A stretch of DNA of 64,000 bases from Fonticula alba ATCC 38817 (lineage: Eukaryota > Protista > Nucleariida), in NCBI GenBank assembly GCA_000388065.2, contig KB932201.1; one strand, given 5' to 3'. The notes under the pieces are model-generated. The model ran no database searches and had not been told where the DNA came from. It saw only the letters and a program-made list of their open reading frames with translations. The position numbers and the translations under genes were made by a program. Below, piece by piece: positions 22,076-32,483 of this stretch (position 1 is its first letter; each line of letters opens with the position of its first letter).

Positions 22076-25000
22076 ATGCCGCTGCCGGACGCCACCTACC
22101 ATCCCAGCCGGTACCTGCTGCTGGGAGGGCTCCGGCCGCTGGGACGGCCGTCCCTCGGGTACTTGGTCCCCCGGCTGTCGGAGGGGGCCCGCTACCAGCT
22201 GGCGGTGTCGGCCTTGGCTCCGAATTCCGGCCTGGTGCTGGACAACCTGACCCCCATTTGGGCCACGGTTCGACACCGGAATGCCCCCTTCGCGCCGCCC
22301 TCCTGCGATGATGAGGCCCTGCCGGTGCGGCTGGCGGTGCAAGTTTACAGCAGCCTGGCCGCGGCCACCGGGGCCCCGTGCACGGATCCCGGCGTGCCGC
22401 AGGGGACCAAGGCGGCCAAAGCCGCGGCGGCGGCCGCCGCATCGACCGCCGCCCCGGTGGAGGTGTGCTCCGACCGGGCATTCTCCCTGCCGACGGAGTT
22501 CTCCTGCCTGAGGCCGGTGGCCGGCTTGGCGGCCGGTACCCGGCGCTTGGCGCATGCGGCCTCCAGCCCGGGGCTGCCGGCGCGCCATGTGCTGGACTCG
22601 CGCTCCGGCACGCCATTGCGTTTGGTGGTGCGCTCGGAGACCGACCTGCTCACCGCGTGCATCCATCGGCTCGGGGCCTTCACCGCGTGCTCCCTCAGCC
22701 GGCTGCTGCTGGGGGAGGATTCCCTGCAGTTGACCGGTGCCGGGAGCCCGGCCGCTCCCATGCAGGGGACCGGCCCGCCGGAGGGCACCCCTCCGCCGGT
22801 GGCCAGCACGCCGGGGCTCCGGAAGCCCCCCCGGTTGCCGGTGTCGGCCATTGCCCTGGCCCGGCCGCAGCGGGATTGCCTGATCATCCCTCGGCGCGCG
22901 CGCCCGGGGCTCGGCCGGCAGATGGGCCTGGCGCTGAAACGCTCGGCCACCGACACCTGGAACATGGCCTGGGCCACGGTGACCGGGCGCTATCGTCGGC
23001 GGCTGGTGCCCTCGGCGCGGGCCGACCCCGGGGCCAGGTGGTCGCCGCGGCTGGCCGGCCCCAGTGCCCTGGCCGCCCGGTCGGCCGACTTCCTGGCCAC
23101 CTGCGTGGTGGATTCCATGCGGGCGGCCTTCCTGGCGACGGTCTTGTCGCCGGTCCTCCTGGCCGCGCCCATCTGCCTGTCAGACAACTCGCCGGTGTGG
23201 CTGCGCACCGCCTTCTGGCACCTTGTGACCGAGGCCCTGGAGCTATGCGGGCCGACATTCATCAAGCTCGGCCAGTGGGCGGCCACCCGGCCGGACATGC
23301 TGCCCCCCGAGGCGGCGAGTGCCCTTTCGCGATTGCACAGCGCGGTCAAGCCCCACTCGGCGGCCGTGGCCCGGGCCTCCCTGGCGAAGGCCGTGGCGCC
23401 GGCACAGCTGGCCTCGGTATTCAGTCGCTTTGAGGATGTTCCCGTTGGTGCTGGCTGCATTGCTCAAGTCCACCGGGCGGTGCTGCGTCAAACCGGGCAG
23501 GTGGTCGCCGTGACGATCCAGCATCCCGGCGTGCGGAAGGTGGTCGAGCGGGACTTGAGGCTGATCCAGCGCGCGGCGGCCACCGGCGAGTGGCTCATTC
23601 CCTGGATCCAGGTGACCGGCGCGGCCAACACCTTTGCCCAGGTGATGCGCGAGCAGATGGACTTCCGTCAGGAGGCCCGGCATCTGGATCGGTTTTTGGA
23701 AAACTTCGACGGCGTGTCCGAAGTCACCTTCCCGATGCCCGTATGGCCGTATGTATCGCGCGAGGTTGTCGTGGAGACCTTCCTCCAGGGGATACCCATC
23801 AGCCAGTGCGTGGGGCACTTTGTTCTTGCCTTGTGCTTGGCTCTTTTGCTCTTCCCTTTTTCGCCCCTTCCTTTCGCATTCGCTGCCGTGCCCCCCTTTC
23901 CCTGGGTTTGTGAGGATGCCGCCGCCGCCGCCGGGCTCGTTTCTTTTTTTTCTTTTTTTTCTTTTTTTTGCTGACAAGAGCACCTGCCGCCGGGATGGGC
24001 ACACACAATCCTTGATCCATGCATCGGGGCTGGATGTGCCTCCCTTCCTTGTCCCTTTGTTCGTGCCTTTCTGCGTGCGTGTACATGCGCGTGGGTAGTT
24101 TCCTCGAACGTCAGGATGAATTCACGCGATCGCTGTCGGCCGTCGGGCTGTCGGCCTTCCTGAAGATGATCCTCGTGGACAATTACATTGTACGTGTGGT
24201 GGCGGCCACGGTGTGCCTTTCTTTGGCATGGTCCTGCTCTCATTGGCTTGGGCCATCCGCCAGCTGGCCGGCGCGCTCCTTTTTTGCTCGGGTTCCCCCA
24301 TTTTGGATTGGGAACTTACACCCACCCGCCCACCCGCCCACCCACACACCCACACACACGCACGCAGCATGCCGATCTTCATCCTGGCAATATCATCGTC
24401 CAGCCGGGCAGTCTGGTGGAGCCACGCCCGCCAACCGGGATCCGGGGATTCTTTTCGCGGCTTTCCTCCTCGACCGGTCGGTCTGCCGGTTCGAGCGGCC
24501 CCCAGGAGGAGAATCTCTTCTCGGCCGCGCGGCTGGGCGGCCCTGCCGAGGGAGCCGCCTCGGCGGAGGGTCCGCTTGGGGTGTTGGCCTGGCTGCAATC
24601 GCTCTTCTTCGGCCAGGGCCTTGGGTCATCGGTTGCGCGCACTCAGCCGCGCCTTGGGTTTGTGGATGCCGGGATTGTGGTCCGCTTGAATCCGGCCGAT
24701 CGGACAAACTTCGTCGACCTCTTTTCGGCGGTGGTCTTCGGCCGTGGGGCCCTTGCGGCCACGTTGATGATCGAGCGCAGCTCCAAGCCCGAGAGTGTCC
24801 TCGACCGGGAGGGCTTCGTTCGGGAGATGACTCGTGTCATTGATTTCGTCCAACGGAACTCCTTCAAGGTGCGTCAGCTACTTTGTCGCCGGGGCATGCA
24901 CACCTCCATGCATCCAAAGGCACACGGCCACATTCCGGCATATGGCCGCCCTTGTTCCTTTGATCGCCCACTGACATGGGCCCCGCCTCTGTGCTCCCTT

Positions 25001-25498
25001 CCTTCGGCCGTGTCGTTGCGCATCTACCCTTTCCGCGGCGGATCGCCGATGCTCGCCCCTGGGTCTCCTTCCCGGCCCGCGCGCACACACACGCACACAC
25101 GCACACATCCCGGCACCTCCGAGTAGCTTGGTAATGTCCATGTGTCCGAGGTCCTGAGCCACGTTCTGGATCTGGTCCGGGTGCATCGGGTCATGATAGA
25201 TACATCCTTCACATCGCTCATCATGGGCATCATCATTCTCGAGGGCCTGGGCCGGCAGCTGTACCCGAATCTAGATCTGCTTGACGTGGCGCGCCCGTGG
25301 CTGGCCCGGGCGGATGGCGAGCTTCAAGAGCTGGCCGCGCCGAGCCGCATGCTGGCCGCCGCCCTGACAGCCCGGTCGATTGCACGTCGGGTGATCGGCG
25401 ATTTCACAACCCCGGAGGATCGGACTTTTGCCTCCGGCGGGCCGGACGCCGCTCAGACACCCTCTCCACCGCCTTCGCCCAAGTTCCCGACCCTTTGA
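22076..25498 (+). CDS. ABC1/UbiB atypical kinase, ADCK2/Cqd1-like, 4 exons
   Basis: Exon 1 ~22076-23807 has GPTFIKLGQWAATRPDML, VGAGCIAQVHRA, QMDFRQEA. Exon 2 has FLKMILVDNYI. Exon 3 has HADLHPGNI and FVDAGIV. Last exon has GIIILEGLGRQLYPNLDLL, stop at 25498. The KxGQ, HxDxHxGN and DxG motifs are typical of the ABC1 family. Confidence 0.88.
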
Positions 25499-26250
25499 GC
25501 GCGACCGGTGGAAGGAACCGCCGAACGGCGGACGGCCAGCTCCCCTGCCTGGGCTGTCTCTCGGGGAGGGCGCCCATAGTCATACGATGTCATCTTTTTT
25601 CTTCTTTTTTTTCCTTTTCCCTTGTCGCCCTGTGTGAGCGTGGGTGTGGATGGGCGTGCGCGGCCGTTCCGCGCAATAGAGCGAACGCCCTCCTGTCTAG
25701 ATGCGCACCCCTGGCCCTGCTCGCCCCTGCCGACACTCATCGCCCTCTGCCACACTCCATAGGGAGTTAGCAGGTGGATGCGCCGGTGGGCGAGCCGGCG
25801 AGGTCCCCGCACCCAGGCACACGCGCCCGCGCCCGCGCGCCCGCGCGCCCTCCCCCCCCCCCCCGTTGCTCTCCGTGGCCCTCTGACAAATGTGCCGGGG
25901 CATGTGCCCCGCGCTTGAATATACACCTAGATCCGTTGGGAGTTGGTCGTTTTTTCGTGGCGATTTTGAACTTGTCTCGGGGGCGCGCTCGCGCAGAGGC
26001 CGGGGGGGCGAGGCGGGGGGGGGGGGGGATCTCCATGCTGGCTTGTGCGTTCGGGCAAAGAAGCAGCCTGGCGGGCGCCCGGGGGTCAGATCTTGGCCAC
26101 CAGCCTCCCTTGCCTCTCCTCCCCTCCAGGCACATGCGCAAGCACACGCCTGCTTTCTCTCCCCCTTCCCCCTTCTTGCTTCCTTCCCGCCTCCACGCCC
26201 TCTCCCTCGCCCACTTGGCAATCTACTCCCGGCCACACACGCGCAATACC

Positions 26251-28781
26251 ATGGCCTCCATTGGCGCCTTCCATGATGACCACTTCGGTGCCCAGTCGAA
26301 GGAGGCTTCCACGGTCACATTGGCCTATACCTGCTTCGAATATCGCCTGAGTACGTTGGGGGGCTTCCATGCGCCGCGCCGCCGAGCATGTGCCCGGGGC
26401 ATGGTTGGGTGGTGGCTGTCCATTTGCCGGCCTACGGTTACCAGTGCGCCGATGCTCACCTGTCTGTCTCTGCAGTTGATGACCTCGATGTCAGTCAGTT
26501 GGATGCGGCTGAGGCTCTCGCGCCGCCGGGTGAGTCCCAGCCTCGCACCTTCTCCCGGACAGCCGACGAGGCTGAGGCCGGTGACGATGTTGCCGGGGCC
26601 GGGGGCCCGGCCCTCGCCCCTGTGCCGGCCAAAGTCCAGGTACCTCGCCATGAGGAAGCAACTGACCAGCCGGAGTCCAAGCGCCGGCGCATTTGCCCAA
26701 CCCCGGTGGACACGCTGCCCGAGCGCCCGGCCGCCATGGTCGTGCAGGATGCCGAAAGCACCGACGAGGAGGCCCCGGACGAGGAGTCCGGCAGTGATGT
26801 CGGCGAGTCCGGCAGCGATGGGTCCACCGGCGATGACAGCCACAGCGATGGGGATGACAGCGAGGAGGACGAAACCCCGGAGGGTGGCTGGTTCCTGCAC
26901 CAAGTCTTCGGCGCGGATGAAACCATCATCGGGCATGTGAATCCCCGGGTGAAGGTGTATCAGGCGGCGGACACACTGCTCCCTCTGCTGGTGGCCGAAA
27001 GTGATGCCGTCCTGGCCGGGCCATTGACCACCAACCTGGAGGGGTGCCTGCGTCCCTGGCTGCCGGCTGATTGTGCGTTTCGCCCTTGAGAGAGGGGGGG
27101 GGGGGGGGCGTCTTTCATGCGGCATGGTGACCTAGTTGCTGACACGGTCCGCTCCTTTGCCCGGTGTGCTTTTCACCTCCGCCACTGCTTGTTGCTCGGA
27201 GCAGACGAGACAAGCCCGGAGAAGTGGGTCGAGCGCGCGCGGCAGGAGCGCGCGACCTTTCAGCCTCCGGGCGAGCGTGTGGCCGAGTTTCTGGCCCTTC
27301 CAGGGAACTTTGCCACCGGCTCGTCGGATGCCGATGACACTGCCGTCAAGTACTCGGTCTTCCGCGTGCGTTGGTCTTGGATTGTGCTCTGCCCCGCCCT
27401 TTTACTCGCCTCTCGCCGATGGGCACGCGTGTGGCATCGTCTGACAGGGCCCTCGGGGACTTTTGACATGGGCAGTGCCACATCACGGATCCCGGCGCGC
27501 GTGCTTTCCACCACCGTGCCCATCTGTTGACTGCGCTGAATATCGAAACGGCCTCGGCCGAGCCCGGCGGCCTGGACGACAGCGACAAGTGGGTGATGTA
27601 CTATGTGTGCGTGATGGCCCCACCGGCCGAATGCCATGCGGATCTGCCTGCCTTGCTGGCGTGCCGACTGGCGCTCCTGCAATTGCCGCCACCGCCGCCG
27701 CCGCCGCCGCCCTTTCCGGTGTGTGCGCAGGTTCGAGCATGCGGGCGATCACCTTCGCTTCGCGGGCCTGGCAACAACGCATCCCTTCTACCAGCGTGCG
27801 GATCGCCTTGTCTGGCGTCTGGCTTTGCTGACGGTGTCCCCGGCACATGGGCGCCGGGGCATCGGCCGTACGTGTTGGCCCTTGGGCCCTTCCTGCCTTT
27901 TGCCCGGCCCTCTGCCCCTGTGTGCTGGGCCATCCTCGCTTGCGAGATCTCCCTCGGCCCTCTTGCTTACACACATGGGCGTCCCCATCGGCCCCACCAT
28001 TCGTCCATACACACATAGAGAGGATCTATGAGGCGGTCTTCGCGGATATCTACACTCGCTTTGGCGACGTGCTGGCTGCCTTCACAAGTGCGTGCTTCGC
28101 TTCTCCTGGCGCATCCTGCCGCCCGCCATGTGGGGTCCCTCGCTGCGGTGGTACTTCCCCGGCTGACTTGTCGGGCTCTGCCCATGTATCTCCCTCAGTC
28201 GAGGATCCGAATCCGTCGATGCAGCAGCTCCGCGATCGGGCGGATCTGGCCCTGCTGCTGGACTGCCAGCCGGCTGTGTGGCTGACCAGTGGGCAGGATG
28301 AGCGGCGACAGCTCCGCCGCGGGGACCTCCGGCCGCTGGCCTGTGCGCCGGCCACTTTGCCGATTGTTCCGCTGTCGAGCCAGCCGGCTGCCGTGGCCAG
28401 CGGGAACTTCCTTCGCCCGGGGCTCCGGCGGTCGGCCGACGTGTCGGCCGATGAGCGTCTGCTGGCCGAGCTGACCGAGGGTCAGGTTGGTGTCCCGACG
28501 GCCCAGTCTATCGGGGCCATTTGTCGCCTGCTGCGGGTGTCGCGGGTGCAGGCCGGGCGCCTGGCTCTCGGGCTTTGCTTGTGGGCGCACTTCGGTGGCC
28601 GTGGCCGCTGGGGCGCCATCGACCGGCACCAGCTCCTGACTCAGCTGCGCCTGTGGAGCAAGGGCCGCACATATGTCGAGGTGCGTGTGCGAGGAATGGC
28701 TCCTCGATGCCTGTGCTCCTGCCATTCCCCTGTCGATCGCTGACCTGCCCCATCATTCCTCCGCCGCTTCCTTGGCCGTCC

Positions 28782-28842
<61 letters not shown>

Positions 28843-29073
28843 CTCAATCTGGCTCCCCTGCTGACGGCCCGCCATCTGGAGGTCCCGGGAGTCAAGTCGG
28901 CCGAGGAGATCGCCGCCGCTCAAAAGAAGGCCCGACATGGCACGGTGGCCGCCGCCACCCGGGCCCAGGTCTTGGATGCACTGGCTGACAACTGGCAGGA
29001 GACCGAGTCCCGCTGGCGGCAGATTGTCCGGTCGGTCGAGCACCGCCTGGCCGGCGGCGAGAACCAGCCATGA
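26251..29073 (+). CDS. HAT1: Histone acetyltransferase type B catalytic subunit HAT1, ~8 exons
   Basis: In-frame spliced exons give LHQVFGADETIIG, TFQPPGERV, FHHRAHLLTALNIETAS, DKWVMYYVFE, RLALLTVSPAHGRRGIG (motif A) and FTIEDPNPSMQQLRD. These match recalled HAT1 motifs HQxFGDDETxFG, FKPFG, FLMWFIETAS, RVSQMLILTPFQGQGHG, ITxEDP...LRD. Stop TGA at 29071-29073. Confidence 0.85.
28783..28840. repeat. (CA)n microsatellite directly abutting the 3' splice site of the last HAT1 intron
   Basis: About 29 AC units followed immediately by AG|CTC AAT CTG. Confidence 0.9.
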
Positions 29074-29321
29074 TACAGTCGGCTTCTTGCCTCCTGTCTC
29101 CCAGCTATGAGGCCCATCCTACGACGGGGCATAAAAAGATGTTGCAAAAGAAAAATGGACACATGTAGTTCGTTTGGAGGTTGTATTCTTTCCCTCCCTT
29201 GTGCAGACACACGTACGAGAGGGGGGAGAAACATACTATGCACGAGGCAGGGAGGGGGGGGGGAGGGAGGGAGGACCAGGAGGAACTATAGGGGAGGCTA
29301 TGCACACACACACACACACCC

Positions 29322-30707
29322 TTAGAGCTTGTCGTAGCGGTGGGTGTCAGAGCCGATGGAGGACCCCTCGCCCGGGGAACCGGCGGAGCCCTCCTCACCG
29401 AGGACCGAGCCCATGGTCATGCCGCGCTTGCGAGCATAGGACAGACCAAAGAAGCCGGCCACCACGAGGACCAGAGAGAAGATCATGCCGCCGATGAAGA
29501 GGCCGGCGGTGCTGGGGACCTTGTGGCACTTGCCACCCTCCGGGGGGCAGTAGTAGCCGCGGTTGCAGGGCTGGTCGCAGGAGCACGACAGGATGTTGCT
29601 GCAGTTGCCCTTCTCCGAGAGGGGGATGCACCCGGTCTTGGAGCAGTAGATGCAATCCGGGGAGGAGCTGCAAGACGAGCAGCTGGTGATGGCAGAGCAG
29701 TCGACGCACTTGTCATTCGAGCCGAAGATCCAGCTGCGAGTGCCATTGCACGTGTAATCCAGCGGCCCGAGCGAGGAGCCGAAGTTGCACCGACGAGTGG
29801 TCGAGCACCAGCCGCAGTTGGGGAGCTTGGCGCAGGAGGCGCAATCGGTCTGGGCCTCGCAGAGGGGCTCCTCCTCGGAAGAGGACTCCGGGCAGGCATA
29901 CGGCGACCGGGCCGACAGGGTGTAGCTGCAGGGCCGGCTGCGGTTCAGGTGGTTGGAGGCAGTCAGGTGCGTGAGGGGGACATCCAGCTGGGGGTCACAC
30001 TCGATGGTGATCAAAACCTGGTAGGTGGTCATGATGTTGAGGTCCGGGTCGAAGCAGCTGTCACCGCCGCGGTAGGAGACCAGCACGCCGCGGGTCTTGT
30101 CGGCGCTCGGGTAGCCGTGGATTTCCATGGACGACAGGCGGCCGATGGGGGTGGAAGAGGCGGTGGAGGTGCGGTACTCGCAGAAGGAGGCGGTGTTGGC
30201 CTCGATGGAGGCCGGGGCGTCGGTGTTCTCGGTGGCGGCATCGGGCTTGGAAGCGCAGGGGAGGACCACCGGCTCGCAAATGCGGAAGTAGGCAATGTAG
30301 TCATCATTCGACAGGTCGACAGCGATGAAGTCGGACGTCTCGTTGGTCGGGCGGATCTTGCCCAGGTGGGGGAAGTGAATGAAGCGGTTGGACCGGGGGT
30401 CGAAGGTCTGGAACCGGCAGTTCACCTCATCCGGCGGGGGGGGGAGAGAACCGGAGTCCGAGCTGCTGGAGCCCTCCTCCGGGGGAGGGAGGTCCGACCC
30501 GGGGGTCGAGTCATCCGGCATCGAGGTGGAGGCCGAGGCGGAGGCCGAGGTGGAGGCCGAGGCGGAGGCCGAGGCGGAGGCCGAGGTGGAGGCCGAGGCA
30601 GAAGCCGAAGCCGAGGAGGCGTCAATGGTCATGGCCGCGGTCGTCGTGGCCGCCATCATGACCAGCGCCAGCAGGCCCAGCAGCATGCGGAGCTTGGGGA
30701 GGCCCAT
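29322..30707 (-). CDS. Intronless type-I membrane protein: signal peptide, Ser/Ala repeat, MRH (mannose-6-phosphate receptor homology)-like domain, PSI-like Cys repeats, TM, YxxL tail
   Basis: MGLPKLRMLLGLLALVMMAATTTAA signal peptide. YIAYFRICEP, GVLVSYRGGDSC, VLITIECDP and CSYTLSARSPYACP resemble M6PR/ATG27 MRH motifs. CEAQTDCASCAKLPNCGWCS and CSAITSCSSCSSSPDCIYCS are PSI-like. TM GLFIGGMIFSLVLVVAGFFGLSY. Ends HRYDKL*. Confidence 0.8.
   Translation of the reverse strand: MGLPKLRMLLGLLALVMMAATTTAAMTIDASSASASASASTSASASASASASTSASASASTSMPDDSTPGSDLPPPEEGSSSSDSGSLPPPPDEVNCRFQTFDPRSNRFIHFPHLGKIRPTNETSDFIAVDLSNDDYIAYFRICEPVVLPCASKPDAATENTDAPASIEANTASFCEYRTSTASSTPIGRLSSMEIHGYPSADKTRGVLVSYRGGDSCFDPDLNIMTTYQVLITIECDPQLDVPLTHLTASNHLNRSRPCSYTLSARSPYACPESSSEEEPLCEAQTDCASCAKLPNCGWCSTTRRCNFGSSLGPLDYTCNGTRSWIFGSNDKCVDCSAITSCSSCSSSPDCIYCSKTGCIPLSEKGNCSNILSCSCDQPCNRGYYCPPEGGKCHKVPSTAGLFIGGMIFSLVLVVAGFFGLSYARKRGMTMGSVLGEEGSAGSPGEGSSIGSDTHRYDKL
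30523..30616 (-). repeat. Coding hexamer repeat encoding (Ser-Ala)n
   Basis: Repeated GAGGCC/GAGGCG/GAGGTG units on the + strand encode SASASA...STSASA on the minus strand. Confidence 0.85.
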
Positions 30708-31828
30708 GGTGGTGCAGGGAGGGGGGGGGGGAGGCAGCAGCAAAGGTGGAGCAGCGGCAGGATTTGCGGCAGATCGTGGACCGGGCCGCCTACTGGGGCA
30801 CCTGAAAAGGGGGACTCGCGTGTACTCGCACACGCCGGCCCCCCTCCCCCCGTTTCGCCCAACTCATCCCCCCCCCCCCCCTCTACAACTTGTGGGAGGC
30901 GGGGCGTGTGAGGAATGCGCCAACCTCCGTGCATGCCGGGATGCCGAAAGCTGGGGTACCGTTCGCCCCTTGTTCCCCGGCTCATCCCTCGAGGGGGTCC
31001 CGGCGGCGGGTCACTGTGTGGGGCACAAATGAGATCCCCCGCCCCCTCCCCGCCCCCCCACACACAGAGCAACAGACGAGGGGCCAGGAGCCGGCGCCCA
31101 TGCGTGCCCCGCCGTACTGGGAGGCGGGGGCACCAGGTCCGGCGCCCTTGGGTACTACGCGGAGGTGAGTGCGCCTTGCCCGCGCGCGCTAAGGTCGTCC
31201 GGCTTGATTGGGGGATGTCCATCCGGGTTCCCGCGTCCCGAGGACCGGGGGGAGGGGGGGGGGGTGGGAGCGCCGGCTCGCTCGGGCATCGCACCCCCCG
31301 GCGGCGCGGGCCCAAAATCCAATAACATTGCCCCGGGTCCGTGCGCCCCCACTCCCCCGTGGGGCCGTGAATAGTGAAAGGCAGCGGACGACCTGGGCGA
31401 GAGAGTATGTGGGAGTGCCCCGATCCAGCCATGCATGACACATGGAAACGCACAGGGAGGCTGCCAGCTGGGGGTGCCCTCCTCGCGCTCGGTCGCCTCC
31501 TCGCTTGCCCTCTGGCCCTGGTTCTTTGCGCCTGCGGGGGTGCGCGCCGGTCCGCCCCCGCTCACTTTCTCTCCCTCTCCCCCCCCCTCTCCGGGGGTCG
31601 TGCTGGTGGCTGGATCGGCCGAGGCCAGGTCTGGGGCTGGCTCCGACTCGAGCATGTGATCATATCACTCTTATGGGCCGTGTGAGCTTCACCCTCGAGG
31701 CGTGATATGGCAGCTCGCTGCCGGATTTGAGCCGCTCCTCTTCCTGGTGAGTGGGAGAAAGCCCCGGTCAAAAAAGGGTGCCCTGGGGGGGAACAAGCAC
31801 ACAATTCCATGTACAAGGTGCAAGCGTC

Positions 31829-31866
<38 letters not shown>

Positions 31867-32483
31867 AAGTGCTGAGGCACGCGCCCGAGATAGCCTTGGA
31901 GGCGGGCGGCTTCCTCCCCGACACCCTCCGAAACGCACCAGGTCAATCGCTCCTGCCCAAAAGAGGGCTGGGATGTGCCGATGCACCACCACGCCCCCCC
32001 CCCCCCCCCCCCTTCGGAGGGGGTCTTCTTGGTTTGGGCGGTCCTTCCTTTGCTGGTTCCCAGGGCAGCAAGGAGCGGTCGGCGAGGGGGGGGGGGGGGG
32101 CGGGGCGCTAGGCCAAGGCCGGGGTAGATGCCAAGGCCGGCCTCCATCCCTCTTTTATGTTCCTCTGATGGTGTTCGGGGCAGGCTTTTTCCTGGTCCTC
32201 AGAGGCAGCACCTGGAGAACCGTCAGGATCTTGCCTCAGGGCAGGGCGAGAGGGGGGGGGGGGGGGAGAGAGATCTGAGCCGAGCGGGCTTCCTACGGGG
32301 GGACAGCCGAAAGCACACCAGCTTGCGGCGGACTCCGGTTTGGCCCGGGCCCGCCACACCATCCCGTCTTCCTCCCCACGCCGCCCACCCGCCGTCCTCC
32401 TCCACTCCTTCGCCCCCCCCCCCCTCCCCCCTCCCGCCCTCCCCTCCCCTTTTTCTTGCCCGCGGCTCATTTAGAAAGCGAAC

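Noticed and set aside
26530-26535. Perfect GTGAGT donor inside the HAT1 acidic insertion
   Set aside because: No phase-compatible acceptor was found before the HQVFG motif, and the insert has coding-like codons.
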